From an uncultured bacterium (lineage in GTDB: Bacteria; Krumholzibacteriota; Krumholzibacteriia; Krumholzibacteriales; Krumholzibacteriaceae), in contig CAWFAD010000016.1 in NCBI GenBank assembly GCA_963813815.1, forward strand, positions 96,001 to 160,000: a stretch of DNA of 64,000 nucleotides, read 5' to 3'. The notes under the pieces were generated by a model. That model did no database searches. It saw nothing but the letters and a program-made list of their open reading frames with translations, and was not told the DNA's origin. Below are positions 10,457 through 20,599 of this stretch, in pieces. The position numbers and the translations under genes are program-made. Every line of letters starts with the position of its first letter. The first letter of the stretch is position 1.

Positions 10457-11368
10457 ATGAACAGAATTGCGGCGGCGGGAATCGCCGCGGCTCTCGCCCT
10501 CGCCTTCGCCGCGGGGTGCGGGGATCGCGGGCGGGAGACGGAGGAGCCCGGAGCGGCGAAGGGCGAAATCGTGCGGGTGGGCGGCGCCGTGCTGTCCGGC
10601 GAGGACCTCGCCGGCCTCGGCGCCGAGCGGGAGGGGGAAGCCCTCACCTTCGAGGAGCGGCGCGCCTTCGTGAGCCGCTGGGTCGACACGCAGGTCCTCT
10701 TTCAGGAAGCCGTGCGCCGCGGGCTGCGGGACGATCCCGGGGTGGGCGCGCGGCTCCGCGAGCTCGAGCAGCAGTACCTCGCCGACTACCTCGTCTTCAC
10801 GGAGCTTCGCGAGCGCGCGCACGTGAGCGAGGAGGAGATCGACGCCTACTTCGCGGCCCACGAGCGCGAGTATCTCAACGAATACCGCGTGAGCCAGATT
10901 CTGCTCGCCACCGCCGAGGACGCGGCGCGGGCGAAGGAGCTCCTCGCCACGCGGAGCTTCGAATGGGTGGCGAACCGGCACTCGATCGAAACGGGCGCGC
11001 GGCGGGGCGGCGATCTCGGCTACCTCACGAAGGGGAACATGATGCCCGAGCTCGAGGCGGTCGTCTTCGACATGGCCCCGGGCGAGGTGAGCGACGTCGT
11101 CAAATCGGATTTCGGCTACCACATCTTCAAGCTCGTCGACGCGCGCGAGGCCCTCGTCGCCGTGGGGATCGAGGACGTCCGCGAGCAGATCATGAACACG
11201 CTCATGCTCGAGAAGCGCACGCGCGCGTACCGCGAGCTGCTCGACGCGCTCAAGGCGAAGGCGTCGATCTCGTACCGGGACGCCGCGTACGAGCGCGGAC
11301 TGATGCTCGAGCCGGAGCCGGATACCCTCGGATTCGAGGAGACGACCGACACGACGGTGACGCCCTGA
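10457..11368 (+). CDS. PpiC/PrsA-like peptidyl-prolyl isomerase lipoprotein
   Basis: Lipobox AAGC and rotamase motif GGDLGY...FDMAPGEVSDVVKSDFGYHIFK. Confidence 0.88.
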   Translation: MNRIAAAGIAAALALAFAAGCGDRGRETEEPGAAKGEIVRVGGAVLSGEDLAGLGAEREGEALTFEERRAFVSRWVDTQVLFQEAVRRGLRDDPGVGARLRELEQQYLADYLVFTELRERAHVSEEEIDAYFAAHEREYLNEYRVSQILLATAEDAARAKELLATRSFEWVANRHSIETGARRGGDLGYLTKGNMMPELEAVVFDMAPGEVSDVVKSDFGYHIFKLVDAREALVAVGIEDVREQIMNTLMLEKRTRAYRELLDALKAKASISYRDAAYERGLMLEPEPDTLGFEETTDTTVTP

Positions 11369-11388
11369 GGGCGTTCGAGGAGGAAACG

Positions 11389-12726
11389 ATGCATCGATCG
11401 GGCATGGCGGCCGCCGCCGCGGCTTGGATCCTCGTCGCCGGTCTCGCGGGCCCGGCTGCGGCCGGAGCCGCCGCGAGCGACACCGCCGGGGCGTGGAGCG
11501 GCCTCATCGACCGCGTCGTCGCGACGGTCGAGGACCGGGCCATACTCAAGAGCGACGTCGACAACGAGCTCAAGCGCATTCTCATGCAGACGCAGCGAAC
11601 CGAGGTCCCTCCGAGCGAGGAGAAGACGATCCGCGCGGAGATTCTCGAGGGGCTCGTCGCCGAGGCCCTGCTCGCGATACAGGCCGAGCGGGATCAGATC
11701 ACGGTGGAGGACGCCGAAGTCGAGGCGCGCGTGAACCAGATAATCGAGCAATTCAAAACGAGCCTCGGCGGCGACGAAGCCTTTGAGCGGCAGCTCGCGG
11801 CCGAGGGGCTCACGCTCGAGGGGCTCAAGGCGATCCACCGCGAGAGGGAGCGCACGCGGATGATCATCAACCGCTTCGCCATGCAGAAGGTCGGCGGCGA
11901 CATTCGCGTCTCCGATCGCGAGGTGCGCGACTACTACCGCGAGCACGTGGCCGAGCTGCCGAAGCGCCCGCCGACGGTGAACCTCGCGCACATCCTCGTC
12001 GTTCCCAAGCCGTCGGAGGCGGTGGTGGCCGCCGCGCTCGAGAAAATCGCCGAGCTCGAGAAACGGCTCGCGGCCGGCGCCGATTTCGCCGAGCTCGCCC
12101 GCGAGAAGAGCGACTGCCCGAGCTCCAAGTTCGGAGGAAGCCTCGGAACGATTCGTCTCGAGGATCTCAACAACCCGGCCTTCGAGGAGGCGGCGCGCGG
12201 TCTCGCGCCCGGCGAGACGAGCCCCCCGGTTCGCACCGAGTTCGGCTATCACCTCATCAGGGTCGAGGCCGTCGAGGGGGATAAAATGACGCTGCGCCAC
12301 ATCCTCGCGCGCGCCGAGGCCACGCCGGCGGATCTCGAGATCGCGGCCGGACGGGCCGAGAGCATTCGCGCGGAAATCGCGGCCGGCGCCGATTTCATCG
12401 AGAGCGCGGCGAAGCACTCCGACGACGCCGCCACGAAAGAGGCGGGAGGCGTTCTCGGCGAGGTGCCGATCGAGAACCTCCCCGAGACCGTGCGGGAGAC
12501 GCTGCGGGGCGTTCCCGCCGGGCAGGTGGCGCCCGTCGTCAAGGACGCGAAGGGATTCCGCGTCCTCAAGGTGATTTCCTGGGACGAGGGGCGGGCCTAC
12601 TCCCTCGACGAGGCGAAGGACGAGCTCCGGCGCTACATCGAGCAGGACAAGCTCGAGCGGCGAATGGGCGAGTACGTCGAGGAGCTCAAGAAAACCTACT
12701 CCGTGGAGATCCGGGGCGAAGCCTGA
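11389..12726 (+). CDS. surA: SurA-like periplasmic chaperone/PPIase
   Basis: Signal peptide, SurA N-terminal motif IDRVVATVEDRAILKSD, two rotamase domains; lies upstream of pdxA. Start at MHRSG after GAGGAGG. Confidence 0.85.
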   Translation: MHRSGMAAAAAAWILVAGLAGPAAAGAAASDTAGAWSGLIDRVVATVEDRAILKSDVDNELKRILMQTQRTEVPPSEEKTIRAEILEGLVAEALLAIQAERDQITVEDAEVEARVNQIIEQFKTSLGGDEAFERQLAAEGLTLEGLKAIHRERERTRMIINRFAMQKVGGDIRVSDREVRDYYREHVAELPKRPPTVNLAHILVVPKPSEAVVAAALEKIAELEKRLAAGADFAELAREKSDCPSSKFGGSLGTIRLEDLNNPAFEEAARGLAPGETSPPVRTEFGYHLIRVEAVEGDKMTLRHILARAEATPADLEIAAGRAESIRAEIAAGADFIESAAKHSDDAATKEAGGVLGEVPIENLPETVRETLRGVPAGQVAPVVKDAKGFRVLKVISWDEGRAYSLDEAKDELRRYIEQDKLERRMGEYVEELKKTYSVEIRGEA

Positions 12727-12737
12727 CGGGAACAGCG

Positions 12738-13019
12738 ATGCGGATCGATCTCCTCCTCAAGGCGCTCTGTCTCGTCAAAACGCGGAGCCAGGCCCGCAAG
12801 GGGTGCGAGGCGGGGTGCGTGACGCTGAACGGCAAGCGGGCGAAACCGGCCGCGGAGACGCGCGCGGGGGATCTCATCGAGATTCGCTACCCGCGCAGAA
12901 TCCTCGCCGTCGAGATTCTGGAAATGCCGCCCGCGCGGACCGCGCGCCGCGAGAGCGGATTGTACTACCGCGTGCTCCGCGAGCACGCGATCGAGGGGGG
13001 CGGAGACTGGGATGACTGA
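12738..13019 (+). CDS. RNA-binding S4 domain protein (HslR/RqcP-like)
   Basis: MRIDLLL...LVKTRSQARKGCEAGCVTLNGKRAKPA is an S4 signature. Confidence 0.88.
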   Translation: MRIDLLLKALCLVKTRSQARKGCEAGCVTLNGKRAKPAAETRAGDLIEIRYPRRILAVEILEMPPARTARRESGLYYRVLREHAIEGGGDWDD

Positions 13020-14034
13020 CACGAGGGTCCGGCTCGCTCTCACGGTCGGGGATCCCGGCGGCATCGGCCCCGAGATCGTCGCGGCGCTGCTCGCCCAGCG
13101 GAAGCTCGGAGCGGCGAACGTCTACGTCATCGGAGCGTACGCGGCGCTCGCCGACTGGCTCGCGCTTCCCGCCTGCAAGGGGGCGCGCGTCATCCCGTAC
13201 ACCGAGGCCTCCCGCGTCGCGGAGCCCGAATCGTTCCCCGTCTTCATCGACACCGGCGGCGACGCGCGCTTCGCGCGGGGGCGGGCGAGCGCCGAAGGGG
13301 GGCGGGCGTCGGGACTCGCCGTCGAAACGGCGGCGTTTCTCGCCAAGCGCGGCCTCATCGAGGGGATCGTCACCGGCCCCATCTCGAAGGAGGCGCTCCA
13401 GAAGGGCGGCTACGGTTTCCGCGGGCACACCGACATGCTCATGAGCCTCTTCGGCGCCCACGAGGCGCAGATGATGATGGTCGCCGGCGCGCTCCGCATC
13501 GTCATTCTCACCCGCGACATGCCGCTCCGCGAGGCTCCCGGGGCGGTGACGGCGGAGCGCCTGCGCGCCGGAGTGCGGATCACCGCCGAGGCCCTCGACG
13601 AGCTCTGGAACGTCGAACGGCCGAGGATCGCGGTCGCCTCCCTCAATCCGCACAGCGGCGACGGCGGCGTCCTCGGCGACGAGGAGCTCGTGACGATCAT
13701 CCCCGCCCTGAAGGAGCTCCGCCGCGCCGGCATCGCCGTCGACGGGCCGTTCCCCGCCGATACAATGTTTTACAAATGGGAGGATAAAGGGTACGATGCG
13801 TACGTGGCGCTCTACCACGACCAGGGGATGATTCCGTTCAAGCTGGCCGGGTTCGAGCGCGGCGTCAACATGACGATCGGGCTGCCCGTCGTGCGGACCT
13901 CCGTCTGCCACGGAACGGCCTTCGATCTCGCGGGGAGCGGAACCGCCGGCACGGGAAGCCTCGAGAGCGCCTTCGCGCTCGCCATCGAGTGCTGTCTCGC
14001 GCGGAGGCGCCGTCGCGGCGCGCCGCCCCCGTAG
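13012..14034 (+). CDS. pdxA: 4-hydroxythreonine-4-phosphate dehydrogenase
   Basis: GDPGGIGPEI, GHTD, LNPHSG, YHDQG and GVNMTIGLPVVRTSVCHGTAFDLAG motifs. Confidence 0.96.
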   Translation: MTDTRVRLALTVGDPGGIGPEIVAALLAQRKLGAANVYVIGAYAALADWLALPACKGARVIPYTEASRVAEPESFPVFIDTGGDARFARGRASAEGGRASGLAVETAAFLAKRGLIEGIVTGPISKEALQKGGYGFRGHTDMLMSLFGAHEAQMMMVAGALRIVILTRDMPLREAPGAVTAERLRAGVRITAEALDELWNVERPRIAVASLNPHSGDGGVLGDEELVTIIPALKELRRAGIAVDGPFPADTMFYKWEDKGYDAYVALYHDQGMIPFKLAGFERGVNMTIGLPVVRTSVCHGTAFDLAGSGTAGTGSLESAFALAIECCLARRRRRGAPPP

Positions 14035-14049
14035 CGCAGGGCGGCGCGG

Positions 14050-14835
14050 ATGGATCAGGAACAGAGAATCATCGTCGGGATCTACCACCTCTCGAAAAAC
14101 TTCGGGAAGCACTTCAGTCTCCGCGACGTCAACCTCCAGGTGGCGAACGGGGAGTTCGTCTTTCTCGTGGGGCCGAGCGGCGCGGGGAAGAGCACCCTGC
14201 TGCGCATGATCTACATGGACGATTTCCCCGACGCGGGGCAGGTCGTCGTGGGGCCGCACGTGTCGACGCGCATGAAGGCCGGCACGATCGCGGAGCTCCG
14301 CCGCAAGACCGGCATCGTCTTTCAGGATTTCCGCCTCCTCCCCGACAAGACCGTGTTCGAAAACGTCGCGCTCGCGCTCAAGGTCACGGGGGCGGGGCTC
14401 GGCGAGATCAAGAAGCAGGTCACCGAGATCCTCATGCGGGTCGGCCTCTACCACAAGCGATACGACTTTCCGCACGAGCTCTCGGGCGGAGAGCAGCAGC
14501 GCGTGGCCATCGCGAGGGCCATCGCGAACCGTCCGGCCGTGCTGCTCGCCGACGAGCCGACGGGCAATCTCGACGCCGTGGTCACGAAGAGCATTCTCGA
14601 TCTGCTGTTCAAGATCAACGCCGGCGGCACCGCCGTGCTCATGGCCACCCACGACCTCGAGCTCGTCAAGAGCTTCGGCCAGCGGATCATCTACCTCGAG
14701 GAAGGCCGCGTCGTGAAGGACAGCGAGATGATCTACGTCGGCGACCTGCGCAAGCGGATCGACGGGTCGGCCCTCGACCGGCGCGCGGAGGGGCTCGAGG
14801 GGCGCGACATCCGCGGGGGGGAGGAGAGGCGTTGA
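14050..14835 (+). CDS. ftsE: Cell division ATP-binding protein FtsE
   Basis: GPSGAGKST, VFQDFRLL, LSGGEQQRVAIARA and ADEPTGNLD motifs; followed by ftsX. Confidence 0.93.
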   Translation: MDQEQRIIVGIYHLSKNFGKHFSLRDVNLQVANGEFVFLVGPSGAGKSTLLRMIYMDDFPDAGQVVVGPHVSTRMKAGTIAELRRKTGIVFQDFRLLPDKTVFENVALALKVTGAGLGEIKKQVTEILMRVGLYHKRYDFPHELSGGEQQRVAIARAIANRPAVLLADEPTGNLDAVVTKSILDLLFKINAGGTAVLMATHDLELVKSFGQRIIYLEEGRVVKDSEMIYVGDLRKRIDGSALDRRAEGLEGRDIRGGEERR

Positions 14836-15701
14836 ACGGGGCGCAGATCGGCTACGTGTTCGACGAGGCCGCGACGATGCTCCGGCGGCACACGGCCGCC
14901 AACGTCGTCTCGGTGGTCATCATGGGGCTCTCGCTCCTCATTCTCGTCGTCTTTCTCCTCATCACGATCAATGTGCAGGCCGTGATCGACCGGGCCGGCG
15001 ACGAGATGCGCGTCTACGTCTACCTCGCGGACGGCACCGGCGCGGCGGAGCGGAACGAGATCCAGATGCGGCTTCTCGGCCTCCCCGGCGTCGAGGAGGT
15101 CCTGTTCGTGTCGCGCGAGGAGGCCCTGAGCTCCTTCCGCGAGATGCTCGGGAACGACCGGGACGTGCTCGACGCGCTCGAGAGCAATCCGCTTCCCGAC
15201 GCCTTCCGCGTGAAGGTGAAGGCCGAGTACATACGGAGCGACCGCCTCGAGGCGATGGCCCGGGACGTCGAGGGGTGGAGCGGCGTCGAGGAGGCCCGCT
15301 ACGGCGAGCGGTGGATCGAGCGGGGGGAGAAGCTCGTCAAAGGCTTTTACGCGGCCGATCTCTTCATCGGGCTCATCATCCTCCTCTCCGTCGTCTTCGT
15401 CATAGCGAACACGGTCCGGCTCACCGTCATCTCGCGGCAGCGCACGATCGAGGTCACCAAGCTCGTCGGAGGCACGAACGCTTACGTCCGGATACCGTTT
15501 CTCGTCGAGGGCGCGGTGCAGGGAGCGGTCTCCGCGGGGCTCGCCGTGGGGCTCGCGGCCGTCATTCACGCCGTGGTGCGGGGGCGCCTCCCGGGGCTCC
15601 TCTTCCTCGGGGGGGACGCGATCGCGGCCTTCGTATTCTTCTGTATGCTTCTCGGGGCGCTCGTCAGCTTCGGGGCGATGCGGCGGCTCCTGCGGTTCTA
15701 G
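14832..15701 (+). CDS. ftsX: Cell division permease FtsX
   Basis: TTG start overlapping the ftsE stop; NPLPD, IANTVRLTV and KLVGGTNAYVRIPFLVEG motifs with a 4-TM pattern. Confidence 0.93.
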   Translation: MNGAQIGYVFDEAATMLRRHTAANVVSVVIMGLSLLILVVFLLITINVQAVIDRAGDEMRVYVYLADGTGAAERNEIQMRLLGLPGVEEVLFVSREEALSSFREMLGNDRDVLDALESNPLPDAFRVKVKAEYIRSDRLEAMARDVEGWSGVEEARYGERWIERGEKLVKGFYAADLFIGLIILLSVVFVIANTVRLTVISRQRTIEVTKLVGGTNAYVRIPFLVEGAVQGAVSAGLAVGLAAVIHAVVRGRLPGLLFLGGDAIAAFVFFCMLLGALVSFGAMRRLLRF

Positions 15702-15713
15702 CGGCGGATCACG

Positions 15714-16922
15714 ATGCGTATCGCGAAACGGCATATGCGCTCGATCGTGGCGGCGGCGGCGCTGGCCCTGCTCCTCGCGGGAGCCGGTCCGGCGGCGGCG
15801 CAGGAGCAGGATCAGGATCTCGACGGGCAGCTCCGGGCCAAGGACTCCGAGCTTCAGAAGCTCCGCGAGGAGATCGCCGAGCAGCGGCGGCTCATCGCCG
15901 AGGTGGAGAAGAAGGAAAAGGACGCCGCCGGCTACCTCAAGAAGCTCGAGCGCGAGGAGCGCCTCACGAAGCGGCTTCTCGGCGGGCTCAACGACAAGGA
16001 ATCGATGCTCGAGCGGCAGGTGGCCAAGCTGAGGAACGATCTCGAGTACAGCGAGGCGGTGTACCGGCGGCGCCTCGAGATCCTCGCGCGCCGGCTGCGC
16101 GATCTCTACAAGGACGGCTCGCAGCTCGCGTGGCAGGAGCTTCTCGGCGCGGCGAGCTTCGACGATCTCCTCAACCGCTACAAGTATCTCGCCGCCGTCG
16201 CCGAGCACGACGCGAATCTCGTCGAGGACGTACGCGAGCGCAAGACGACGATGGCGCGGCAGGAGGCGGGCATCACCGAGACGCTCGCGCAGGTGAGCAT
16301 GGCGCGAAGGGAAAAGGAGACGGAGCTCGCGCGCCTGCGCGAGAACGAGCGCAAGCGCCAGCGGAGCCTTTCCGATCTCAAAACGAGCAAGACGAAGTAT
16401 CAGAAGCGCATCGACGAGCTCGCGAAGGCGGAGCGGGAGATCCTCTCCATCATCGAAAATCTCGAGCGCGCCCGCACGACGGCGGCCCCTGCCGTCGAGG
16501 CGGCGTACGCGGAAAAGGACTTCGCCTCCCTCAAGGGGCGCATGGCGGCCCCGGTCGCGGGGCGGACGGTCCGGGGCTTCGGAAAGTCCAAGCATCCCGA
16601 GTTCGGGACGGTGACGAACAACACCGGCGTCGACATCGAGACCCGGGCCGGCTCGCCCGTGCGCGCCGTCGCCCGCGGCAAGGTGGAGTACGCGAGCCTG
16701 CTCCCCGGCTTCGGCAACTGCATCATCGTCGCGCACGGATCGGGGTATTACACGCTCTACGCGCATGTATCGAAGATATTCGTGAAACGCGGGGCCACGG
16801 TGAGCGGGGGCGATCTCGTCGCGGAGACCGGAGACGCCGCCTCGGGGGCCGCCTCGCAGTTTCATTTCGAAATACGCAAATCAAAGACGCCGCTCGATCC
16901 GGCGCAGTGGCTCCAGCGATGA
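15714..16922 (+). CDS. envC: Murein hydrolase activator EnvC family (coiled coil plus M23/LytM domain)
   Basis: Signal peptide, long coiled coil, C-terminal GVDI...YAH...HFEIR; directly follows ftsEX. Confidence 0.88.
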   Translation: MRIAKRHMRSIVAAAALALLLAGAGPAAAQEQDQDLDGQLRAKDSELQKLREEIAEQRRLIAEVEKKEKDAAGYLKKLEREERLTKRLLGGLNDKESMLERQVAKLRNDLEYSEAVYRRRLEILARRLRDLYKDGSQLAWQELLGAASFDDLLNRYKYLAAVAEHDANLVEDVRERKTTMARQEAGITETLAQVSMARREKETELARLRENERKRQRSLSDLKTSKTKYQKRIDELAKAEREILSIIENLERARTTAAPAVEAAYAEKDFASLKGRMAAPVAGRTVRGFGKSKHPEFGTVTNNTGVDIETRAGSPVRAVARGKVEYASLLPGFGNCIIVAHGSGYYTLYAHVSKIFVKRGATVSGGDLVAETGDAASGAASQFHFEIRKSKTPLDPAQWLQR

Positions 16923-17001
16923 CGGGCCACGGAAAGGTGCGACCATAGACATTCTCGCCGCCGCGGATGCGATAGCGGGGGCCTCGCCGCGCGTCGGATC
17001 G

Positions 17002-18105
17002 ATGATCGACGGACTGGCGGCCTCGGGAAAGCTCCCGCCCGCCCTTCTCTTCGCGGGCCCCGAGGGCGCGGGGAAGGAGCTCATGGCGCTCCGGCTCGCG
17101 GCGCGGCTCAACTGCGACGTGGGGCGGGGCGGGGGCGCGGCGGAGACGGCGGGTCTCTTCGGAGAAGATCCGGGGGCCGCGGCGGCCGGGGCGGCGTGCG
17201 GCGCCGGAGCGCGCTGCCGGGCCTGCGCGAAAATCCGCTCGTTCGAGCATCCCGACCTCCACCTCATCCATCCCGTGCCCTCCGGCGAATGGGAGAAGGA
17301 TCTCGCCGCCGTCATCGAGAGCCGCCGCGAGGATTTCTTCGCGTACGGCGAGTTCGGGACGCGCGCCCGGAGCGTCGGCATCGATCTCATCCGCCACGTG
17401 ATCGAGGCGCTCTCGAAGCAGCCCTTCGAGGGGCGCCGCTCCGTCGTCGTCGTGTTCGAGGCGCATCTCGCGACGACCGAGGCCCAGAACGCCCTTCTCA
17501 AGACGCTCGAGGAGCCCCCTCCCTCCGCCGTGATCGTGCTCGTTACGGAGTTTCCGGACCGGCTCCTTCCGACGATTCTCTCGCGCTGCCACGAGATCCG
17601 CTTCGGCCCGCTCCCGGTCGAGGCGGTCGCGGATATGCTCGAGCGGTTCCGCTCGGTCGAGCGGGAGGAGGCCCGGCGGATCGCGGCGATCGCGCAGGGG
17701 AACCTCCGCCGCGCCGTCAAGCTGCTCGAGGAGCGGTTTCTCGCGCTCTGGCGGGACGCGGCGGGTGTCGCGAGGCTCGTGGTCGACGGAAAAGGTACCG
17801 AGCTCCTCGCCGAGGCCGAGGGGCTCGCGCGGCGGTACTCGCGCGAGGAGGCGAGGGATCTGCTCGAGGAGCTGGCGCTGCTCCTCGGCCTCGCCCTGCG
17901 GGGGCGCGAGGGAAGGCTCGACGCCGCCGGGGAAGCGGCCCTGCGAGAGGCCCTCGGCGCCGAACGGACCGCCCGGGCGGCCTCGCGCGACCTCATCGGG
18001 GACCTGCGGAAGGTCGCCGCGGCCATGGAGAGCCTCCGCCGGAACGCCGATATTGATCTCACGCTCGCTCACCTCCTCCTTGATTTGACCGGCACGTGGT
18101 ATTAG
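17002..18105 (+). CDS. holB: DNA polymerase III subunit delta'
   Basis: ALLFAGPEGAGK, Zn-module cysteines, HPDL, AQNALLKTLEEPP and LLPTILSRC motifs. The true start may lie slightly upstream. Confidence 0.9.
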   Translation: MIDGLAASGKLPPALLFAGPEGAGKELMALRLAARLNCDVGRGGGAAETAGLFGEDPGAAAAGAACGAGARCRACAKIRSFEHPDLHLIHPVPSGEWEKDLAAVIESRREDFFAYGEFGTRARSVGIDLIRHVIEALSKQPFEGRRSVVVVFEAHLATTEAQNALLKTLEEPPPSAVIVLVTEFPDRLLPTILSRCHEIRFGPLPVEAVADMLERFRSVEREEARRIAAIAQGNLRRAVKLLEERFLALWRDAAGVARLVVDGKGTELLAEAEGLARRYSREEARDLLEELALLLGLALRGREGRLDAAGEAALREALGAERTARAASRDLIGDLRKVAAAMESLRRNADIDLTLAHLLLDLTGTWY

Positions 18106-18106
18106 A

Positions 18107-18970
18107 TTGAACGACATGGAAATAGTCGAAGTGCAATTCAAGGCCCAGCGCAAGGAGTTCTTCCGGAACGTCAAGGCCCTCTACCTGCGGACGTCGAACC
18201 ACTGCATCGTGCAGGCGGACCGCGGCGAGGACATGGGGCTCATCATTTCGATCACCCGCGCCGAGCCGAGCGAGATCGAGACCGACCTCAAGGAGGTGCT
18301 CCGCCACGCGACCGAGCAGGACGTGACGCGCCTCGCCGAGATACGGGCCAAGGAGACCGAGGCCCTCAGGGTCTGCCAGCAGAAGGCCTCCGAGCACCAG
18401 CTCCCGATGAAGCTCGTCGACGTCGAGTATCAGTTCGACGGCAACAAGATCACCTTTTACTTCACCTCCGAGGGGCGGATCGATTTCCGCGAGCTCGTCA
18501 AGGATCTCGCCGGCCTGTTCCGCACGCGCATCGATCTCCGGCAGATCGGGGTCCGCGACGAGGCGCGCCGGTTCGACGGGATGGGGATGTGCGGGCGCCG
18601 CCTCTGCTGCGCCACGTGGCTCAAGGACTTCGAGCCCGTGACCCTCAAGATGGCCAAGGATCAAAATCTCCCGCTCACGCCGTCGAAGATCTCGGGCGCC
18701 TGCGGGCGCCTCATGTGCTGCCTCGATTACGAGCTCGAGTACTACAAGGAGCTCACGAAGGAGATCCCGAAGATCGGGAGCAAGGTGAACGTGTTCGGCG
18801 GCGAGCACCGCATCGAGAAGGTGGACATTTTCAACCGTTCGGTGATGCTCACCGACGCCGACCGGAACATGGTATCGGTGCAGCTCGAGCTGCTGCAGGA
18901 AGAGCTTCGCAGGGAGCCGCCGCCGGAGAACAAGCCGGAGGCGGAGCCGCCGAAGCCCGCCGGCAAGTGA
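18107..18970 (+). CDS. ricT: PSP1 domain protein RicT/YaaT
   Basis: RIDFRELVKDLA, RQIGVRDEAR, CGRRLCC and KISGACGRLMCCL motifs; holB-ricT-metG order. Confidence 0.92.
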   Translation: MNDMEIVEVQFKAQRKEFFRNVKALYLRTSNHCIVQADRGEDMGLIISITRAEPSEIETDLKEVLRHATEQDVTRLAEIRAKETEALRVCQQKASEHQLPMKLVDVEYQFDGNKITFYFTSEGRIDFRELVKDLAGLFRTRIDLRQIGVRDEARRFDGMGMCGRRLCCATWLKDFEPVTLKMAKDQNLPLTPSKISGACGRLMCCLDYELEYYKELTKEIPKIGSKVNVFGGEHRIEKVDIFNRSVMLTDADRNMVSVQLELLQEELRREPPPENKPEAEPPKPAGK

Positions 18971-18996
18971 CGGACGCGACCCCCGGACGAGGACGT

Positions 18997-20532
18997 ATGG
19001 CCGAACGATTCTACATCACGACGGCGATCGACTACGTGAACCAGAAGCCGCATCTCGGCACGGCGTACGAGAAGATCGGCGCCGACTGCATGGCGCGGTA
19101 CAAACGCCTCGCGGGGTTCGACGTGCGGTTCCTCATGGGAAACGACGAGCACTCGACGAACGTCGAGCGCGAGGCGCGGCAGCGCGGGCTCGATCCCGTC
19201 GAGTACTGCCGCATGATGTCGAACGAGTTCACGTCCGTCTGGAAGGCCCTCGACATCTCGTACGACGACTTCATCCACACGACCGAGGAGCGCCACAAGC
19301 GCTCCGTGCGGGAGCTCTTCGAGCGCATCCACCGCAACGGCTACATCTACAAGGGAAAATACGAGGGCTTCTACTGCGAGTCGTGCGAGGAGTTCATCGT
19401 CGAGAAGGATCTCGTCGACGGGCTCTGCCCGCGCCACAAGCAGGCCCCGAAGGTCATCCACGAGGAGAACTGGTTCTTCGCCCTCTCGCGTTTTCAGGAG
19501 CCGTTGCTGCGGCACTTCGAGCGAAATCCCGGCTTCGTCCGCCCGCAGATCCGCCGCAATGAGGTCATGAACGTCATCACGGGCGGACTCGACGACGTCT
19601 CGATATCGCGCGCCGGCAAAACGTGGGGCATCCCGCTTCCCATCGACGCCACGCACGTGATCTACGTCTGGTTCGACGCGCTCACGAACTACATCTCGGC
19701 GCTCGGCTTCGGCGGCGGCGACCTCTCGCTCTTCGACCGCTACTGGCCGGCGGACGTCCACGTGATCGGCAAGGACATCACGCGTTTTCACTGCATCATC
19801 TGGCCCGCGATGCTCATGGCGGGGGGCGTCGAACCGCCGCGCTCGGTGTTCGCGCACGGCTTCATCTCGCTCTCCGGCGAAAAGATGAGCAAGACGCGGG
19901 GCAACATCATCGATCCCGTCGGCATGGCGGGGGCCTACGGCGCGGACGCGCTGCGGTATCTCCTCCTGCGCGAGGTTCCCTTCGACCGCGACGGGGACGT
20001 CTCGTCCGAGGTGTTTCTCGCCCGCTACAACGCCGATCTCGCGAACGACGTCGGGAATCTCCTCAGCCGGACCGTCGTCATGATATCGAAGTACCTCGGC
20101 GGCGCCGTCGAGCGGGGGCCGGTCGGAGAGGGATCCGAGCTCGGCGGCGAGCTCGTCCGCGCGCTCGGGGCCTACCGCGCCCACATGGACGCGATGGAGT
20201 TCTCGCGGGCGCTCGGCGCCTACTGGAGCGTCATCCAGCGCGCGAACCGATTCATCGAGGAACGCCGCCCGTGGGATCTCGCCAAGGATCCCGCGCGGCG
20301 CGACGAGCTCGAGGAGACCTTCCGCGGGCTGCTCGCGGTTCTGCGGGCGACGGGCGTCGTGCTCCTGCCCTTCATGCCCGCCAAGATGCGGGAGCTGCTC
20401 GCGGCGCTCGGCGCGGAGCGGCTCACGCTCGCCGATCTTCCCGAGCGCGAGGTCGGCGCGGCGGGGCTCGCGCCGCTCTCGCCGCTCTTCCCGCGCATCA
20501 AGCCCGAGGACGCGGGGCGCGCCGCCGGCTGA
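18997..20532 (+). CDS. metG: Methionine--tRNA ligase
   Basis: FYITTAIDYVN, HLGT (HIGH), CESCE zinc knuckle, YVWFDAL, GKDITRFH and KMSKT motifs. Confidence 0.97.
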   Translation: MAERFYITTAIDYVNQKPHLGTAYEKIGADCMARYKRLAGFDVRFLMGNDEHSTNVEREARQRGLDPVEYCRMMSNEFTSVWKALDISYDDFIHTTEERHKRSVRELFERIHRNGYIYKGKYEGFYCESCEEFIVEKDLVDGLCPRHKQAPKVIHEENWFFALSRFQEPLLRHFERNPGFVRPQIRRNEVMNVITGGLDDVSISRAGKTWGIPLPIDATHVIYVWFDALTNYISALGFGGGDLSLFDRYWPADVHVIGKDITRFHCIIWPAMLMAGGVEPPRSVFAHGFISLSGEKMSKTRGNIIDPVGMAGAYGADALRYLLLREVPFDRDGDVSSEVFLARYNADLANDVGNLLSRTVVMISKYLGGAVERGPVGEGSELGGELVRALGAYRAHMDAMEFSRALGAYWSVIQRANRFIEERRPWDLAKDPARRDELEETFRGLLAVLRATGVVLLPFMPAKMRELLAALGAERLTLADLPEREVGAAGLAPLSPLFPRIKPEDAGRAAG

Positions 20533-20599
20533 CGGCGCGGGGAAACGCGCTCGGGCGCCTCGCGGGCGCCGCGGCCGACCCCCGAGAACGGACACGCGC

